A stretch of 64,000 bases of DNA from the human T2T-CHM13v2.0 reference genome, Homo sapiens, in assembly GCF_009914755.1 (NCBI RefSeq), contig NC_060947.1; one strand, given 5' to 3'. The number at the start of each line of letters is the position of its first letter. The first letter of the stretch is position 1. The notes below the pieces were generated by a model. It was not told where the DNA came from. It worked only from the letters and a program-made list of their open reading frames with translations, and searched no databases. Positions 60,035-64,000 of this stretch are shown here, one piece after another. A program made the position numbers and the translations under genes.

Positions 60035-63000
60035 TTTATTTTTTGTTTCAATAGTTTTTCTGGTACTGGTAGTTTTGGGTTATATTGAAAATTTCTTTAG
60101 TGGTAATTTATGAAATTTTAGTGCACTTGTCACCTGAACAGTGTACATTGTACCCAATATGTAGTCTTCTATCACTCACCCACCCCAGCCTTTCCTGCAG
60201 TCACCAAAGTCCATTATATTATTCTTATGCCTTTGCATCCTCATTGCTTATCTTCCACTTATAAGTGAGAACATACAATATCTGGTTTTCCATTCCTGAG
60301 TTACTTCACTTAGAATAATGGCCTCCAGCTGCATCCAAGTTGCTACAAAAGACATTATTTCATTGTTTTTATGGCTGAGTAGTATTCCATGCTGTATATA
60401 TACCACATTTTCTTTATGTACTCATTGGTTGATGGACACTTAGGTTGATTCGATATCTTTGCAGTTGCAAATTGTGCTGCTATAAACATGGGTGTGCATG
60501 AGTCTTTTTTATGTAATGACTTATTTTCCTTTGGGTATATACCCAGTAGTGGGATTGCTGGATTGAATGGTAGTTCTACTTTTAGCTCTTTAAGGAATCT
60601 CCATACTCTTTTCAATAGTGGTTGTACCACTTTATATTCCCACCAGCACTGTAAAAGTGTTCCCTTTTCACCACATCCACACCAACATCTATTATTTTTT
60701 AATATTTAATTTATGGCCATTCTTACAAAAGTAAAGCAATATTTCATTGTGGTTTTAATTAGCATTTCTTTGATGATTAATGATGTGCATTTTTTCATAT
60801 GTTTGTTGGCTGTTTGTATATCTTCTTTTGAGAAATGTCTATTCATGTTTGTATTAGTCCATTCTCTCATTGCTATAAAGAACTACCCGAAACTGGGTAA
60901 TTTATGAAGAAGAGAGGTTTAATTGACTCACATTTATGCAGGCTGTACAGAAAGCATGGCTGGGGAAGCCTCAGGAAACTTACAATCATGGCAGAAGGCA
61001 AAAGGGAAGCAGGCACATCTTCACATGGTGGAGTAGGAGAGAGAGAAAGAATGAAGGGTGAAGTGTTACAGACTTTCAAACAACCAGGTTTCATGAGAAC
61101 TCACTCATTTTCACGAGAACAGCAAGGGTAAAATTTGCCCCCATGATCCAATGGTCTCCCACCAGGTCCCTCCCTCAACACTGGGGATTACAATTTAACA
61201 AGAGATTTGGGTGGGGACACAGAGCCAAACCCTATCAATGTTCTCTGCCCACTTTTTGATGGGATTATTTCTTATAGTCTGGCTGATTTATTTGAGTTCC
61301 TTGTAGATTCTGGATACTAGTCCTTTGTCAGATGCATAGTTTGTGAATATTTTCTTCCATTCTGTGGTTTGTCTGTTTGCTGATTATTTCTTTTGCTGTG
61401 CTGAAGCTTTTTAGTTTAATTATGTCCCATTTATTTATTTTTGTTCTTTTGCATTTGCTTTTGGGGTCTTAGTCATAAATTTTTTTGCCTAAGCCAATAC
61501 CCAGACAAGTTTCTCCAATGTTAGAATTTTTATAGTTTCAGGCCTTAAATTTAAGTCTTTGATCCATGTTGAGTTGAGTTTTGTACAAGGTGAGAGATGG
61601 GAATCGAGTTTCTGTCTTCTACATATAAGTTTCCTGTTTTCCCAGCACCATTTATTGAATAGGGTTTCCATTCCCTAATTCATGTTTTTGTATGCTTTGT
61701 TGAAGATCAGTTGGATGTAAGTGTTTGGCTTCATTTCTGAGTTCTCTACTCTGTTCCATTGGTCTACATGCCTATTTTTATAGCAGTACAATGCTTTTTT
61801 GGTTACTATAACCGTGTAGTATAATTTGAAGTCACATAATGTTATGCCTCCAGATTTTTTTTTCTTAGTATTGCTTCGGCTATGTGGGCTTTTTTTTTGG
61901 TTCCATATGAATTTTAGGATTGTTTTTCTAGTTCTGTGAAGAATGATGATACTATTTTTATGGGAATTGCATTGAATCTGTAGATTGCTTTTGGCAGTAT
62001 GGCCATTTTCACAGTATTGATTCTACCCATCTATAAGCATGGGATAGGGTTCCATTTGTTTGTGTCATCTATGATTTCTTTTATCAGTGTTTTGTAGTTT
62101 TTCTTGTAGAGATCTTATACTTTCTTGGTTAAGTATTTTCCTAATTATTATTTTTCAGCTGTTGTAAAAGGGATTGAGTTCTTGATTTGATTTTCATCTT
62201 GGTTCTCATTGGAGTATAGCAGTGCTACTAATTTATGTACATTGATTTTGTATCCTGAGACTTTGCTGAATTCATTTATGAGATCTAAGAGCTTTTTGGA
62301 TGAGTCTTTAGGGTTTTCTAGGTATGTGATCATATCATTAGTGAACAGCAATGGTTTGACTTCCTCTTATCCAATTTGGATGCCTTTTATTTCTCTCTCA
62401 TCTGATTGCTCTGGCTAGAACTTCCAGTACTATGTTGAATAGAAGTGGTGAAAGTGGACATCCTTGTTTTGTTCCAATTCTCAGAGGGAATGTTTTTAAC
62501 TTTTCTCCATTTAGTATGATGTTGGCTGTGGGTTTGTCATAGATTTCTCTTATTACTTTGAGGTAAGTCTCTTCTATGCCTATTTTGAGATTTTTTTTCC
62601 AGAAAGGGATGCTGGATTTTATAAAATGCTTTCTCTGCTTCTATTGAAATAACTATATGATTTTTGTTTTAATTCTGTTTATGTGATATAACACATTTAT
62701 TGACTTGTGTATATTAAACTATCCCTGCATCACTGGGATGGAGCACACTTGATCATGATGTATTATCTGTTTGACGTGCTGTTGGATTTGGTTAGCTAGT
62801 ATTGTGTGGAGGAGTTTTGCATCTATGTTCATCAGAGATATTGGTTTGTAGTTTCTTTTTTTGTTATGTCCTTTCCAGGTTTTGGTATTAGGGTTATACT
62901 GGCTTCATAGAATGATTTAGGAAGTATTCTGTCTTTATCTTTTGGAATAGTTTCAGTATGACTGGTACCATTTCTTCTTTGAACGTCTGGGAGAATTCAG

Positions 63001-64000
63001 CTGTGAATCCATCTGGACTTTTTTTGGCATTTTAAGATTACTGATTCAATTTTGCTGCTTGTTATTGGTCTGTTAAGGGTTTCTATTTCTTCCTGATTTA
63101 ATGTAGGAGGATTGTAAAATTCCAGAAATTTATCCATTTCCTCTAGATTTTCTGGTTTGTGCATGTAAAGGTGTTCATAGTAGCCTCGAATGACCTTTTG
63201 TATTTCTGTGGTATCAGTTGTAGTATCTCCCATTTTGTTTCTAATTGAGCTTATTTGGATCTTCTCTCTTTTCCTGGTTAATCTTGCTAATGGTCTATCA
63301 ATTTCATTCAAACTTTCCAGTCTTTTTTTTTGTTTCAATTTCATTTAGTTGTGCTCTGATCTTTGTTATTTCTTTATTTCTTCTCAGTTTGGGTTTAGTT
63401 TGTTCTTATTTCCCTAGTTCCTTAAAGTATGACATTAGAGTGTCAATTTGTGCTCTTTAAAACTTTTCAATGTAGGCAATTAAAGCTATGAATTTTCCTC
63501 TTAGCACTGCTTTGGCTGTACCTTAGAGGTTTTGATAAGTTGTGTCACTATTATTCATTTCAAAGAATTTTTATATTTCCATCTTTATTTCATTGTTAAC
63601 CCCCAAATCATTCAAGAGCAGATTATTTAATTTCCATACATTTGTGTAGTTTTGAATGTTCCTTTTGGAGTTGATTTCCAGTTTTATTCCACTGTGGTAT
63701 CAGAAGATACTTGATATGATTTTCATTTTCTTAAATTTATTGAGACTTGTTTTGTGGCCTATCATATGGTCTATCTTGGAGAATGTTCCATGTGCTCATG
63801 AGAAGAATGTATATTCTACAGTTGTTGGGTAGAATGTGCTGTAAATATCTGTTAAATCCATTTCTTCTGGGGTATAGTTTAAGACCATTGTAGCTTTGTT
63901 GACTTTCTGTCTTGATGGTCTGTCTAGTACTGTCAGTGGAATATTGAAGCCCCCCACTATTACCGTGTTGCTATCTATCTCATTTCTTAGATCTGGTAGA
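60035..64000 (-). mobile_element. L1PB-type LINE (ORF2 remnant), continues past the window end
   Basis: Minus-strand ORFs with RT-like [23 protein letters not shown] and [17 protein letters not shown] motifs. Confidence 0.93.
60850..61237 (-). mobile_element. MSTA-like solo LTR nested in the L1
   Basis: tgtattagtccattctc...ccaaaccctatca with TSD atgtt (60845-60849, 61238-61242). Confidence 0.9.

Overview
Human (primate) genomic DNA that I recognise as the Xq27.1 CDR1 / CDR1as (ciRS-7) / LINC00632 locus. The centrepiece is a ~18-nt-period tandem array at 34546-36030. On the + strand it is bounded by a splice acceptor (AG 34544-34545) and a donor (GT 36031-36032), giving a 1485-nt exon. It carries 67 GTCTTCC plus 7 further TCTTCC miR-7 seed matches (hand count) and one near-perfect miR-671-5p site. 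This is the back-spliced circular RNA ciRS-7/CDR1as, an established system rather than a new one. The single-exon CDR1 ORF lies on the - strand inside it. Also visible: a 184-nt optional intron with four tandem donors, inverted MIR elements flanking the exon, a CpG-island promoter ~19 kb upstream bracketed by two CTCF-like motifs, and a candidate LINC00632 terminal exon in a Tigger fossil. The rest is mostly Alu, L1, L2, MIR, MaLR (THE1/MST/MLT1), MER41 and hAT/mariner relics. The least familiar oddity is a 380-bp 28S rRNA 3'-end plus 3'ETS-like fragment sitting inside a TSD-flanked L1. Repeat subfamily names and literature matches are from memory and were not run against any database.
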